64,000 nucleotides of DNA from Octopus sinensis (GCF_006345805.1 NC_043016.1:10292001-10356000), one strand, 5' to 3'. Positions 15,113 to 29,404 are shown, counted from the stretch's first letter. The notes: generated by a model from the sequence alone, not told the origin. Program-made: numbers and translations.

Positions 15113-15158
<46 letters not shown>

Positions 15159-15265
15159 GTTTATCGCAGGTGTAATTATCTATTTTTTTCAGTGTTATTT
15201 GTTATCAAGGGAAAAATACAAACATCTATATATACACATACATATACGTATAGGTACACACACTT

Positions 15266-15296
<31 letters not shown>

Positions 15297-15432
15297 CATT
15301 ATATATATACATACGCGCGTACATTCATACATATTTATAAATACATATAAACATACATAAATACAAGTATAATATATAAACATATGCACTTATATGTATA
15401 TACATATATATGTATATATATGTATATATCTA

Positions 15433-15507
<75 letters not shown>

Positions 15508-16380
15508 CTCTATTTTATCGCAATTTACTTGTTTATATATAATATATAATATATATATGTATATTATATATATATATATGTATATGATATATATATATCA
15601 CGATGTCAACCAGCTAATTGCATACTACAAATATAATCTGTTGTAAGTGGAACAGTAAAAATATGCAAGACTTTTCTCAAGTTTAAAACGTGACATTGAT
15701 CTTGTTATGTACATACCAATGAAAGATTTTTGTATTTTTGTTAGAAACCAGCTCCTTTTTCAGAGGAAGAATTCAGATAATTAAAAATAGAACACACGCA
15801 CGCACGCACGCATCTCAATCTCAAAAGTAGAATGTCCCTCCCCTATTATACGGTTTCATCTGTGCGGATTCTACTTGGTGCTTCAAACTTGTTACTGTAT
15901 TCTAATTTTCTTTTCAGTAGCCAAGTTGATGGAGATATGTCACAAAGATACTCTGACTGATCTGGAGTTACTCTGCAACATTAGGTACCTTACGGTAACG
16001 ATTGTTTTCAACAGTTCGCTCGACAGCTTGAAGACAGCTGTCAGCGGGTCCAGGTCAACCTTGAACGAGGTGACTTGAGCCCGAAATCTGAAACGAATAG
16101 TAACAAGACATTCACCGCTTTGAAACCTCAGACACATACACATATATGCACTACACACATACATACATACATACATACATACATACATACATACATACAT
16201 ACATACATACATACATACACATACATACATACATACACACGCACATACACATACTACATACATACATACATACACAACTACATACATACATACATACATA
16301 CATACATACACAACTACATACATACATACATACATACATACATACACAACTACATACATACATACACACGCACATACACA

Positions 16381-16413
<33 letters not shown>

Positions 16414-16544
16414 GCATACATACATACATACATACATACATACATTCATACATACATACATACATACATATATACATACACATATGTTTGTATATCTATA
16501 TATATATATATATATGAGTATGTATATGTATGTACGTATGTATG

Positions 16545-16575
<31 letters not shown>

Positions 16576-16755
16576 TGCATGCATGTATGTATGTATGTAT
16601 GTATATAAATATGTAAATATATACATATATTATATATATATATATATTATATATATATATAATATCTATGCTGTATTACATATTAACTTTTACTATATTA
16701 TGTTACGTTACATTATACTATATATATATATATGAAAAATGGAAAAGACTTTAAT

Positions 16756-16791
16756 CTTTGGCGTTTCGAGCCTACGCTCTTCTACAGAAAG
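16756..16791 (-). ncRNA. Hammerhead-like fold, core CUGUAGA
   Basis: CUUU-CUGUAGA-A-GAGC[GUAG]GCUC-GAAA-CGC-C-AAAG. Stems I and II are intact; A6U and U16.1C. Confidence 0.5.
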
Positions 16792-16818
16792 GAATAAGGA
16801 AAGAAAATAACTGAGTGA

Positions 16819-16875
<57 letters not shown>

Positions 16876-17157
16876 TAGAGAGAGAGAGAGTGAGTGAGAG
16901 AGGAAAAACAGAGTAAAAAAAGGTGATTTTATATATAGCTTTTGTCGGGTTTGTGAATAGATGTCAAAAATTTAGGGATAATGGTTATAGACCAATGCGC
17001 AGTTGAGACAGTGATAAAAGTGGGTGGAGAAAGGAAAAGGTCTAATTCACACTGATGCTTCAGTTCTATATTTAAGAGATGAGGAATTATGTACATTATT
17101 TACATTATTTACATTATTTACATTTGACGGATATTTGTCCTCATCTTGTGTGTTGTT

Positions 17158-17203
17158 AGCACAAAATTTCAGCTGATATATCCTCCAGCCTTCATCAGGG
17201 GTC
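17158..17203 (-). ncRNA. Decayed hammerhead-like fold
   Basis: CUGAUGA-A-GGCUG[GAGGAUAUAU]CAGCU-GAAA. Stems I and III are mismatched. Confidence 0.5.
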
Positions 17204-17517
17204 TTGGAGGAAATTTCGAACCTTGGTTCTCATTCCTAAGCTATTTTTCGTTGTTGTTGTTGTTGTTCACAGATGCTTATTGTGTAGCTGAGGCGGAATT
17301 TGAGGGGAGAAGTTAGGTTGGCAGTGGTAGGAGGTTACTAAAATAGATAGATAGGTGTGAGAGAACAATTCAAACTTTGTGCGAGTCCATACCTCATGGA
17401 ATTCAAGCTGTATTTATGTCCAAAGGCGGTCCTACTCCATATTAAAATAAATTTGTTTGTAATTTTGAGGTATTTCCATTATTTTGTCCAACCTCTGTAT
17501 GTATGTATGTATGTATG

Positions 17518-17548
<31 letters not shown>

Positions 17549-17767
17549 GTATGTATGTATGTATGTATGTATGTATGTATGTATGTATGTATGTGTGTGT
17601 ATGTATGTATGTATGTATGTATGTATGTATTTATGCATGTATGTATGTATGTGTGTATGTATGTATGTATGTATGTTTGTATGTATGTATGTATGTTTGT
17701 ATGTATGTATGTATGTATGTATGTATGTATGTATGTATGCATGCATGTATGTATGTATGTATGTATG

Positions 17768-17867
17768 NNNNNNNNNNNNNNNNNNNNNNNNNNNNNNNNN
17801 NNNNNNNNNNNNNNNNNNNNNNNNNNNNNNNNNNNNNNNNNNNNNNNNNNNNNNNNNNNNNNNNNNN
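17768..17867. other. Scaffold gap (100 N)
   Basis: Exactly 100 N, typical of a placeholder of unknown size. Confidence 0.99.
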
Positions 17868-19309
17868 TAGGGAATAGGCCTGGGTATATGTATGTATGTT
17901 CTGAGTTCAAATTTCACCAATGTCTACTTTGATCCCTGGGTTTGATGTAATTGACTAGTCCTTCTCCCATAATTTCAGACCTTGTGCCTATAGTAGTAAA
18001 GATTATTAGCTAAGTTTAGGGTGGTAAATTGGCAGATTCATAATGGGTTAGTGAGCTGGCAATTTTTTTTTAAACTGGGGGTTGGCATCAGGAAGGGCAT
18101 CTGGCCATAAAACATTTTCCCCAGGAATAGTACTACCTGTTGTCAAGTGGTGGAGATGGAGGTGACAAACAGAAACGCACACATATACGTAAACATTCAC
18201 ATACACATGTAGATAAACACACATACTCCACACATACTCCCCACATGCACACATAACAGGGTTCCACACAGTTTCCACTAATCAAATTCACTCACAAGGC
18301 ATTGGTTAGCTCTGAGCTAGGTAGTAAAGGACATTTGCCACCAGGTGCTGCATAGTGAACTAAACTCAAAACTATGTGATTGCAAACTGAGGACAGCCAA
18401 GTATTTCCTTTTTAGCAAGATACCTGTTCTTGTCCCTCTAGCAGATTTTCACCTCCCTAAATACTGTATCCCCACTCAATCAACAGGTCATTTTTTCATG
18501 CTACTTGAAGGCATTGGTAGTGACTCTGGCATGACAAAAATAAGATAAAAGACCCAGCTGTTGAAATCAGGCCAAGGCAGATATTGGAGTTCCACCGATA
18601 ATGACTCTGCCTTTCATATTTTCAGGTTTCATAAAATAAGTACCAGTCGAGTTCTGGCGTTGGTGTAATCAATTTAATTCTCTCCTCTGAAACAGCTGGT
18701 TCTGTGCCAGAATTTGAAACCATTATGAGTTGGTTAGCTGGCAGTTCTTATTTAACTGTCCAGCCCATGCCAGGGTGGAAAACAGATGTTAAATGATGGT
18801 GATAAGGAGGAGGAGGATGCAAATGTGATTTCTCAGTGTGTTTGTGTGTGTGTGTATAGAAGTGTGTGTGTGTGTGTGTGTGTGTTGGTATAGCATAATT
18901 TTATGTATCTTATAGGTCACTTAATGACCCTGCCAGTGACAGTACCATGTAAAAAGCATCCACTCCACACTGTGAAGTGGTTGGCATGTGGAAGGGCATC
19001 CGACTGTAAAAACCGTGGCAAAACTAACCCTGTCTGTGCTGGTACCATGTAAAAAGCACTCAGTGAACTCTGCTGGGTGGCTGGAGTTAGGAAGGGCATC
19101 CACCTATATAAAAGAAATAAAACCATGCCAAAACAGACACAGAAGTCTGGTGTAGTTTTCTGCCTGGTCAGCTCCTGTCAAAGAAGCCAACCCATGCCAG
19201 CAAGGAAAGCAGACATTAAGCGATAACAATGATGATGATGATGATGATGTGTGTACTTGCACTTATTTGACTTAAAGTGTATTGTATTATGTTTTAATAT
19301 TCAATCTCC

Positions 19310-19347
<38 letters not shown>

Positions 19348-19574
19348 GTAGGTATTATGTATATCTGAACACATAACATATGCTAAATTTATTTGTTTGT
19401 GTATACGATAATCCCTCGATATATCGTAGTTCACCTATGGCTGTTTGTTATTTAAGCTTACATCGATTCCTCCGTTGTGTTGTTTTGCATTTATCATAGA
19501 ATTAAATATATACAAATTATAAAAAAAAACAAAAAAAAATATACAATACAATATTGTTTCTACTTAGTGGATTT

Positions 19575-19668
19575 TCACCTATTTCGGTAGCGCTTGGAAC
19601 GTAGCACCCAAAAAACCGTGATAGTTGAGAGATTACTGTAGTTTGTATCTATCTTCCTTCCTTTTTCT

Positions 19669-19699
<31 letters not shown>

Positions 19700-19845
19700 C
19701 TTGTTCTTTTTTCCCTTTTATGATCCCTTTTGATCGAAAACCTACGCCACCTTTTTTTTTTTTTTTTTCCCTCCCCCAAAAGAAAAGCTCTACCTTGTAA
19801 CTTGTCCCATCTGTGTGCAGCCCTGTGTGGCCAATAAAGAAACTC
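19575..19845 (+). mobile_element. 3' UTR fragment of a LINE related to the 55.9-62.0 kb element
   Basis: Shares GATCCCTTTTGATCGAA and AAAGCTCTACCTTGTAA...TCTGTGTGCAGCCCTGTGTGG.AATAAAGAAAC with 61850-61979. Confidence 0.8.
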
Positions 19846-19956
19846 ATCTTCCTTCCTTTTCTGTCTGTTTATATTTTTGCCTGTCCATCTATCTGTTGGC
19901 ATGTTCTTCTCTGTCCACCTGTCAATGTCCATCTGTCTCTCTCACTACCATTCTAC

Positions 19957-19989
<33 letters not shown>

Positions 19990-20686
19990 CTGTTCTGTTC
20001 TTTCAGCTCTGTCTCGCTTTTGTTTCTTTTCCTTCTTTATTTCTGTATTTTCTTCTAGTCTGCCTGACTGTGTGTCCATTTGTCCATCCATAGATTTGTG
20101 ATTCTATCTATCCATACATTCATCTACCATCCATCCATCTGTTTGATTGTGTCTCTATCCATCTATCATCTATCTTGTTATCTGACTCTCTCTCTCCCTC
20201 TCTCTCTCTCTTTCTGTCCATCTCTCTGTCCATGCATCCATTTATTTATTAATCTGTCTCTCCATCCATTTCACCTACCTTGCTACCCATACACATACTC
20301 AGACAAACACTATTCTTTTCCTTTTCTTCTCTGTTTCCATTGAATTTTTTTTCTTACATAACATTATTTCCCAGATTCCTTCTCTCTTTCTCTCTCCTAC
20401 CCTTCCTCTCTGTCTGTGTGTCTATCTGTCTATTCCTTTATCTCTCTCTCTCTTTCTCTCTCTCTATCCATCTGTCCCTTTATCTCTCTCCCTCTCACTC
20501 TCTCTCTTTCTCTCTGTATGTATATATATATATCTCCATCTGTCTCTTTATCTAACTCTGTCTATTCATCTGTCCCTTTATCTCTCTATCTCTTTCTCTT
20601 TCTCCCTGTATCTCTCTATCTCTTTCTCTTTCTCCCTGTATCTCTCTATCTCTCTATCTATCTTATCTATCTATCTATCTATCTAA

Positions 20687-20737
<51 letters not shown>

Positions 20738-20741
20738 GTCC

Positions 20742-20775
<34 letters not shown>

Positions 20776-20850
20776 ATATCTATCTATCTATTCTATCTAT
20801 CTAATCTATCATCCATCCATCCATCCATCCATCCATCCATCCATCCATCC

Positions 20851-20889
<39 letters not shown>

Positions 20890-20899
20890 CATCTATCTG

Positions 20900-20939
<40 letters not shown>

Positions 20940-20957
20940 GCTGTCTGTCTGTCTACC

Positions 20958-20995
<38 letters not shown>

Positions 20996-21031
20996 CTTAC
21001 CTATCTGTCTATCTATCTGTCCATCCATCTC

Positions 21032-21066
<35 letters not shown>

Positions 21067-21469
21067 GATTCTGTCTGTCTTTCTATTCATCTCTCCCTTT
21101 ATCTCTCTCTCTTCCTCTCTGTATCTATCTGTCTATCTGTCTGTCTCTGTCCATCCATCTATCTGTCCGTCTCTCTGTCTGCATCATTATTCTCAGTGTT
21201 CTTTTCATCCACTTTACCATTTCCTCCTCATTCTTCTACTCTTTCTCTCACTTGCAATTAATAATACTTTCACTTTCTCTTTCTATAAGCATTGAAACTC
21301 TCACTGATATCTTTCTTCCCCTCTCTCTCTATCTCTCTCTCCATCTACCTACTTACCTCTCTCTCTATCTCTCTATCAATCTATCTCCCTCTATATTGTT
21401 ATCTTTCTCTCTGTTTTATCCTTTTGTCAGTTTTCCTCTATACACCAGCTTTGCTCGGTCCTTCTCTGT

Positions 21470-22020
21470 CTCTTGTGTGTGCATGTGTGTGTTTATGTAT
21501 GTGTATTTATATGCAGGTGAACGTGTGTATGGGTATGAATGTGTATGTGAATATGTGTGTGTGTGTGTAAATTTGATTTTGTGTGTGTGTGTGTATGTGT
21601 GTACATGTGTGTATGAATACATGCGAATGTGAGTGTGTACATGTGTGAATTTGTGTGTGGACGTATGTGTGTGTGGAGTGTATGCGTGGATGTGTTTCTG
21701 GGTGTGGATGTGTGTGTGTGAATACATGTGAATTTGAGCATATGCAAGTGTGAATGTTTGTATGGAGGAGTGTAGATGTGTGTGTGTGGAGTGTGTATGC
21801 ATGTGTGCACATGTGTGTGAATACACGTGAATGTGTGTGTGTGCATGTGTGAATGTTTGTGTGGATGAATGTAGATGTGTGTGTGTGTGGAGTGTGCATG
21901 TGTGTGTGCATGTGTGTATATATGTTTGGACATGTGTGAATACATGTGAATGTGTATGGAAAACATGTGTTTCTGTGAACGTGTGTGCATGCGCGCGCGT
22001 GTCTGTGTGTGTGTGTGGAT
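21470..22020. repeat. Degenerate (GT)n complex repeat
   Basis: Directly visible. Confidence 0.85.
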
Positions 22021-22792
22021 GTTGGCATTACCAAATACATAAGAAGTTAGGCTTGCAACCATTAAGTACTAATTGTCAATTCCACTACACAGCTCAATCA
22101 AAGCCTTGTTAATGAAAATGGGTTGATAACAAAACACTGTGGAACCAATCTGATGGACTGGACCTATAATATTAATACAAAAGGGCCAGCCCTATTACAG
22201 GCTGTGACTGGCTGATTCCATCCAGGAATTCATCATCATCATTTAACGTCCGTTCTCCATGCTAGCATGGGTTGGACGGTTCGACCGGGGTTTGGGAAGC
22301 CAGATGGCTGCACCAGGCTCCAGTCTGATCTGGCAGTGTTTCTACAGCTGGATGCCCTTCCTAACGCCAACCACTCCGTGAGTGTAGCGGGTGCTTTTTA
22401 CGTGCCACCCGCACAGGTGCCAGACGGAGCTGGCAAACGGCCATGGACGGATTGGTGCTTTTAAAGTATATTGTCTGTGGAAGGTTCTACTGTTTGCACT
22501 CCCAATATCCCATGAACCGTACTTTAATTCCAAAAACCCCCTACAGACGCTGTGTTTTGCTTGCCCCTCACTTTGCCATGGTCATTTTGATTCTTCCCAG
22601 TGAAGGCACATGGCTTTGTGGTTCGGGTATTTGGTTTATGATCATGAAGTGATGAGTTCGATTCCCAGCAGTGTGTTGTGTCCTTAAGCAAGACACTTCA
22701 TTTCATGTGTCTCCAATTCACTCAGCTGGTAAAAATGAGTTGTAACTGTATTTCAAAGGAGTTAGCCTTACCATATTCTATGTTTTGTTGAA

Positions 22793-23160
22793 GGCGGCAA
22801 GTTGGCAGAATCGTTAGCATGCTGGGCGAAATGCTTAGTGGTTTTTCGTCTGCTGCTATGTTCTGAGTTCAAATTCCGCCGAGGCCGACTTTGCCTTTCA
22901 TCCTTTCGGGGTTGATAAATTAAGTACCAGTTATGCACTGGGATTGATGTAATTGACTTAATCCCTTTGTCTGTCCTTGTTTGTCCCCTCTATGTTTAGC
23001 CCCTTGCGGGCAGTAAAGAAATAAGAAACGTTAACACGCCAGGTGAAATGATAGCCTTTCATCCTTTTGGGGATCGATAAATTAAGTACCAGTTGTGTAC
23101 TGGAGTCGATCTAATCGACAGCCTCCCACCTCCCCCAAAAATTTAAGGCCTTAGAGAAGA
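22793..23160 (+). mobile_element. SINE family A, monomer plus partial second unit
   Basis: Same head and central block, with many CpG-to-TpG changes. Confidence 0.8.
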
Positions 23161-23872
23161 AAAGATTCTATGTTATGTTGAATCACCCTGAAAACTTTGT
23201 TAAAGGTACGTGTGTCTCTGTAGAGTACTCACCCACTTGCATGTTAATTACACGAGCAAGCTGTTCTGTTGATTGGATCAATTTGAACCATCATTATCGA
23301 AACTGTGGAATACCAGTTGTTGCTGATTCTGCTTAGGGGATGATATAAAGGGTACACATGTGTGTGGAATATGCAATCACTTTTTATTTCGACGAGCAAG
23401 AAAACCACTTAATCAAGCAATTGCATGTGTGGCAAAATATTATTATTTCATCACTACCATTGTAGATATATCTTATCTTATCAGGTTGATCAAGTTAAGC
23501 TGTTGTATATAGTTATTGTCAGATTAAGATCTTTTGAGGCACAAAGTACCTAGAAGATTTTGGTTCCCCCTATTTATGTATATATATATATATGTGGGCC
23601 CTGTGCCAGTGGCGCCTAAAAGCACCAACACTCTCAGAGTAGTTGGCATTAGGAAGGGCATCCAGCCGTAAAAATCATACCAAAACTAACCACACCTGTG
23701 CTAGTGCCATGTAAAAAGCACTCAGTCCACTCTACTGGGTAGTTGGTATTAGGAAGGGCATCCAGCCAAAACAGACGCAGTAGCCTAGGGTAGGTTTTCT
23801 ACCTGGCCAGCTCCTGTCAACCATTCTACTCATGCATGCATGGAAGATGGACGTTAAACAATGATGACGATG

Positions 23873-23909
<37 letters not shown>

Positions 23910-24714
23910 CTATCCCAATGGTCATTTGTTTACATTTATCTAACTATGAAACCAAATTATTTGATTTAGCATTTCAATGGTGCTCAAAGGACATTTATAC
24001 CTTTCTTCCATCCATTTAACAACAGTTCTTTATTCCCTACGAGATTCCAGTTTGTCTTTTTAAATAGACCCACAAGGACCCAAAGCAAGAATCTATTAAA
24101 TGTGAATGTTAATGATTAAATAAATCATAGTTTTAACATTATTGATTTTTGCTTTCTTCAATGACTGAAAATAGCTAATTTGCTTTACATTTTGCTCTTT
24201 ATAGACCAAAATAGTATTAAACGAAAATACACATCAGTGTACCTTTATAATCACTGCGTCATTAACGGCAATATGCGGTCGTTATTCTTCATTTACCTGC
24301 ATCCTGTATCATTTCTTTTCTCTAATTTGTCAGTTGATACCTTTTATATTCCTTCAGAAATAATCGTATGGTTTGCATTAACCAATGTTATTTCCATAGA
24401 TTCATTGCACCAATTTAAAACCAGCAGAAAGTATTCCATAATTAATGAGGAAATATATGTAATCCAAGAGAATCGTGTATTTTTCTGTATTTTTCCTCTT
24501 CCTGCTTAGATTTCATAATCAGATTTGCAAACAGAACCAAATATTGTACTTCGTTGTTATAGCGACTTTAATGCGATTGAGAATTTTAAATAAAATTAGG
24601 TTAAGTGAATAAGGTATCATAATACCTGCTCAGCTCTCATATCTGTTAGTCTTTTTCTGCACAGTATTCCTGAGAGAATTGTGGTGGCTAAGGTCATCAG
24701 ACCCCCCCCCCCCA

Positions 24715-25260
24715 TAGCGGCCTATCAGAAGCAACTCTCATGACATTTTCCCACTGGATTCCCAAGCATGACCTACTAAATCTGTAGATATTATCCAACC
24801 ATCTCTTGCTAGACATATGGATAGAGTCCTCAGGCACCTCCTCCTCCTCCATAGGGTCCTATCAAAAGCAACTGTCATTATATTTCCTAAATGGATTCCC
24901 AAGAATGACCTACTAAGACTACATATATAATCCAATCGTTCCATTCTTGGTCTAACCCTAGATCTCTTGCCAGGTGTATGGTAAAGTCCTCAGGCACCTC
25001 CTCCACCATAGGATCCTATCAGAAGCAATTGTCATTATACTTTCTAAATGGATTTCCAAGAATGACCAACTGGTCTATGGATATTATTCAACTATCTCGT
25101 CCTTGGTCTACTCCTAGGTCATCTTGCCAGTTGTAGGGCTAGAGTCCTGAGGCACCTCCTCCATAAGGTCCTCTTAGGAGCAGTCATCATTATAGTTTCC
25201 GCTCAGATTCCCAAGCATGACCAACTGGGATTAGTAGTATTACCCAACCATTTCATTTTT
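24715..25260 (-). repeat. Same ~157-bp minisatellite, about four units, inverted
   Basis: CCTATCA.AAGCAA-like anchors at 24721, 24858, 25015 and 25170. Confidence 0.8.
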
Positions 25261-26602
25261 TGTCTCATGCCAGTTGGCTTGGCTTGAAGAATCTCTCTTG
25301 TGATTCGTTCCTGAGATATTCTAATCACATGTACCAGAGCTGTGACCTCTCAATGCAGAGAAGTATCAGCTCAACCTGTTGAGAGATTTCTTGATCTCTG
25401 AGTTATGCAATCTGTTAAATAACATTATTCCATGAACCCCAGCTCAGCTGATTGTATTTGTGTGATTCTACTCTTCTGGTATTGATCCAGTATTCATGGC
25501 TGGTGTGGACATTTTTCTTTTCTTTTTTTACTTGTTTCAGTCATTAGACTGTGGCCATGCTGGGGCACCACCTTGAAGAACTTATACTCAAATGAATTGA
25601 CCCCAGTACTTATTTTTTTTAAAGCCTGGTACTTACTTTATCATTCTCTTTTGCTGAACTGCTAAGTTACAGGGATGTAAACAACACCAGCACTGGTTGT
25701 CATGTGGTGGGGGGACACACACATCCAAACACATGCACACACACACTTGCACATGCGCACGCACACACACACACACATGGTTTCTTTCAAATTCTGTCTA
25801 CCAAATACACACACAAGGCTTTGGTCAGTACAAGGCTATAGTAAAAAACACTTACCCAAGGTGCTACACAGTGGGACTGAACCCAGAACCATGTGATTGG
25901 GAAGCAAGCTTCTTACCACACAACCACAGAGAGAGAGAGAGAGAGAGAGTAAAATACCAGGTAGGCATGGAAACCAAATTCCATATCAAGAGATCAAATC
26001 AACTGCAAATACTTTCGCTGTGTCTACAGCTGATCGACATTTTATTCCAGCCAGAATCTATCAAAAATAATTTTCTATACATAGAAATTAAAAAAGTTAT
26101 CTAAGATGGGCTAGTAACCCGTCCTGGAGGAGATTTCACCGTCTTCTATTTAACTCTTTAACGATCCTTATGAATGTTTGCATTTTGAGTTAGTTTATAG
26201 ACAGGGATTGCTAGAAAAATCTCTGTAAGAGATAAAAGTAGCAACTATAGCAAGAAGTAATGTTTATTGCCAACATCAAACAGCCATGTTTAAGTGGTGA
26301 TAAACAATACTTCTCTGTATAGTCACTACTTTAATCTCTTATGGAGATTTCCTAACTAGCTGCTTTGCTTGTTGCAAGATCACTGACTGATTGTTGCTTG
26401 GTCTTCCATATATTGTGAGCTGGAGTGAATTCCTGCTATCTCAAGCGGCTGGGTGTTTACTACTGGCGATGGGCACAAATAACCCAAACTATTCAGTTGG
26501 AGGTCATATCATCTGCTAGAAGATGGTAGGAGTTTGCTGGATTAACTATTAATCAAAATAAGCATGTATATTACAGAGTCTGCCAACAGAATGTATACAC
26601 AC

Positions 26603-27040
26603 ATCATCATCATCATCATCATCATCGTTTAGCGTCCGCTTTCCATGCTAGCATGGGTTGGACGGTTCAACTGGAGTCTGGGAAGCCAGAAAGTTGCACC
26701 AGGCTCCAGTCTGATCTGGCAATGTTTCTACGGCTGGATGCCCTTCCTAACGCCAACCACTCCGTGAGTGTAGTGGGTGCTTTTTATGTGCCAGACGAGG
26801 CTGGCAAACGGCCACAATTGGATGGTGCTTTTTACGTGCCACCGGCATGGGGGCCAGGCGAGGCTGGCAATGGCCATGATCGGATGGTGCTTTTTATGTG
26901 CCACCGGCACGAGGCTAGTCAGGGCAGCACTGGCAATGGCCATGTTCGGATGGTTCTCTTACGTACCACCGGCACTGGTATCACAGCTGCAATTTCCATT
27001 GATGTTGATCGATTTTGATTTTGATTTTGATTTTGATTCA
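26603..27040 (-). mobile_element. Full-length family C copy preceded by an (AAAATC)n hexamer run
   Basis: (CAT)n tail at 26603-26627, VNTR units, and (GATTTT)n on the + strand at ~27010-27038. Confidence 0.8.
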
Positions 27041-27877
27041 GGAATAGAAAAATCTGTATAAAAATTTAACTTGTATAAATAGCTCTATAAATATAGATGC
27101 CTCTTTCAATGCTTTATTAAATTTCAATAACACTGAATAAATTGTGATAAAACCGAATCAAAATATTTGTTGATGCCAAGTCCGCCTGACTGGCTTCCGT
27201 GTCATTGGCACATAAAAAGCACCAACCGAATGTGACTGATGCCAGTACCCACCGACTGGCTCTTGTGCCGGTGGCATGTAAAAAGCACCATCTGAACATG
27301 GCCGATGCCAGTACCTCCTGACTGGCCCCCGTGCTGATGGAATATAGAAAGCACTATCTGAATGTGATTGATGCTAGGCCCACCTGACTAGCTCCTGTGC
27401 CAGTGGCACATAAAAGCACTCTTGGAGTAGTTGGCATTAGGAAGGGCATGCAGCTGTAGAAACATTGCCAGATCAGATTGGAGCCTGGTCCAGCCACTGA
27501 CTCTCCATTACCTCAGTCAAGCCATCCAACCCATGCCAGCATGGAAAGCAGACATTAAATGATGATGATGACACATATTTTTCCTTTTTGGCAGACTCTG
27601 TGTGTGTGTGCGAGTGCGATTGAGTGTATTTCTACGTTTATGATATGCTTACCCACCACTACTACAAACATCACCGATTGATAACTGGTGTTGGTTTGTT
27701 TACACCCTCATACTTTAGCCGTTTCCCAAAAGAGACCAATAGACAAAAAGTACCAAACTAATGGGTAAAAAATAAATAAATACTGCATTTGATCTATTCA
27801 ACTAAAACCCTTCAAGGCAGTGCCCCAGCGTGGCCACAGTCCAATGACCAGTACAAGTAAAAGATAAAAGATTAATA

Positions 27878-28226
27878 GGCACAGGAGTGGCTGTGTGGTA
27901 AGTAGCTTGCTTACCAACCGCATGGTTCCGGGTTCAGTCCCACTGCGTGGCACCTTGGGCAAGTGTCTTCTACTATAGTCTCAGGCCGACCAAAGCCTTG
28001 TGAGTGGATTTGGTAGACGGAAACTGAAAGAAGCCCGTCGTATATATGTATATATATATATATAGGCGCAGGAGTGGCTGTGTGGTAAGTAGCTTGCTTA
28101 CCAACCGCATGGTTCCGGGTTCAGGCCCACTGCGTGGCACCATGGGCAAGTGTCTTCTACTATAGCATCAGGCCGACCAAAGCCTTGTGAGTGGATTTGG
28201 TAGACGGAAACTGGAAGAAGCCTGTC

Positions 28227-28262
<36 letters not shown>

Positions 28263-28470
28263 TTGTGAATGTGTGTGTGTGTTTTCCCCCCTCCCAACGT
28301 CACATGACAATCAATGCTGGTGTGTTTACGTCCCTGTAACTTAGCAGTTTGGCAAAAGAGACTGATAGAATAAGTGCTAGGCTTACAAAGAATAAGTTTG
28401 CTTGACTAAAGGCGATGCTCCAGAATGGCTGCAGTCACATGACTGATACAAGTAAAAGAGTAAAAGAGAA
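27878..28470 (+). mobile_element. SINE family B with duplicated head
   Basis: The head is repeated at ~27878 and ~28065 before a single tail. Confidence 0.8.
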
Positions 28471-29194
28471 AGAGGAAATGCAACTGTGCACATGCACACA
28501 CACACACACACACACACACACCCCTATGCCTGGGTCTCTCTAGTCTCTGAATGTCAGATTTGTACTTGAAATGTCAATTAAATTGTTTTCATTTATATCA
28601 CAACTCAAAATTACTGACCTTGTTCCCAAATTAAAAATCATTATTACAATAACGCAGACCATGGCACTTTTTTCTGTCTGTTCGAAAGAAGAGCAGTGTT
28701 CAGTGGTAATTTTTTTGCCAGCGCTGCCCAGACTGGCTTCTGTGCCGGTGGCACGTTAAAAGCTCCAACCGATCGTGGCCGATGCCGGACACCCCTGGCA
28801 CCTGTGCAGGTGGCACGTAAAATGCAACCAATACACTTGCGGAGTGGTTGGCGTTAGGAAGGGCATCCAGCTGTAGAAACACTGCCAGATCAGACTGGAG
28901 CCTGGAGCAGCCCCTGGCTTCCCAGACCCCTGTTGAACTGTCCAACCCGTGCTAGCGCGGAAAACGGATGTTAAACGATGATGATGATGATGATGATTTT
29001 TGTTTTATTTTTTGTTGTCTGTTGTCTTAGATCGGTTCATTTTCCAGCTGCAAATTGTACATTACTTGAGGACATAAAGAGCCTTGTGTGGAAACAGAAC
29101 AACAATTTTCAGAACCAAGATTACATCATATTTAAAAAAATGACATACATGAACTTTTAACACCTCTAATATTTTAAGAAAAATTAAATGAATA

Positions 29195-29371
29195 ATATTT
29201 CGTTTTTGGATTTGGTTTGCAAGATTCTCTATGTGAGTTCGTGTGGAGAGTCATTTTTTTCTTTTTGTGCCTTATAATTTAATACACTCACCAGTAAAAT
29301 TTCCTCTTATTTATATTTTTAATTTCCTGAGTGTGTTAAATCATAAGGCACAAAAAGAAAGTGACACAACA

Positions 29372-29404
<33 letters not shown>

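Larger units (their letters stand above)
14480..17767. repeat. Cluster of (TACA)n/(TATG)n, (TA)n and (GA)n microsatellites
   Basis: 14480-15060, 16140-16610, 16815-16900 and 17495-17767. Confidence 0.9.
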
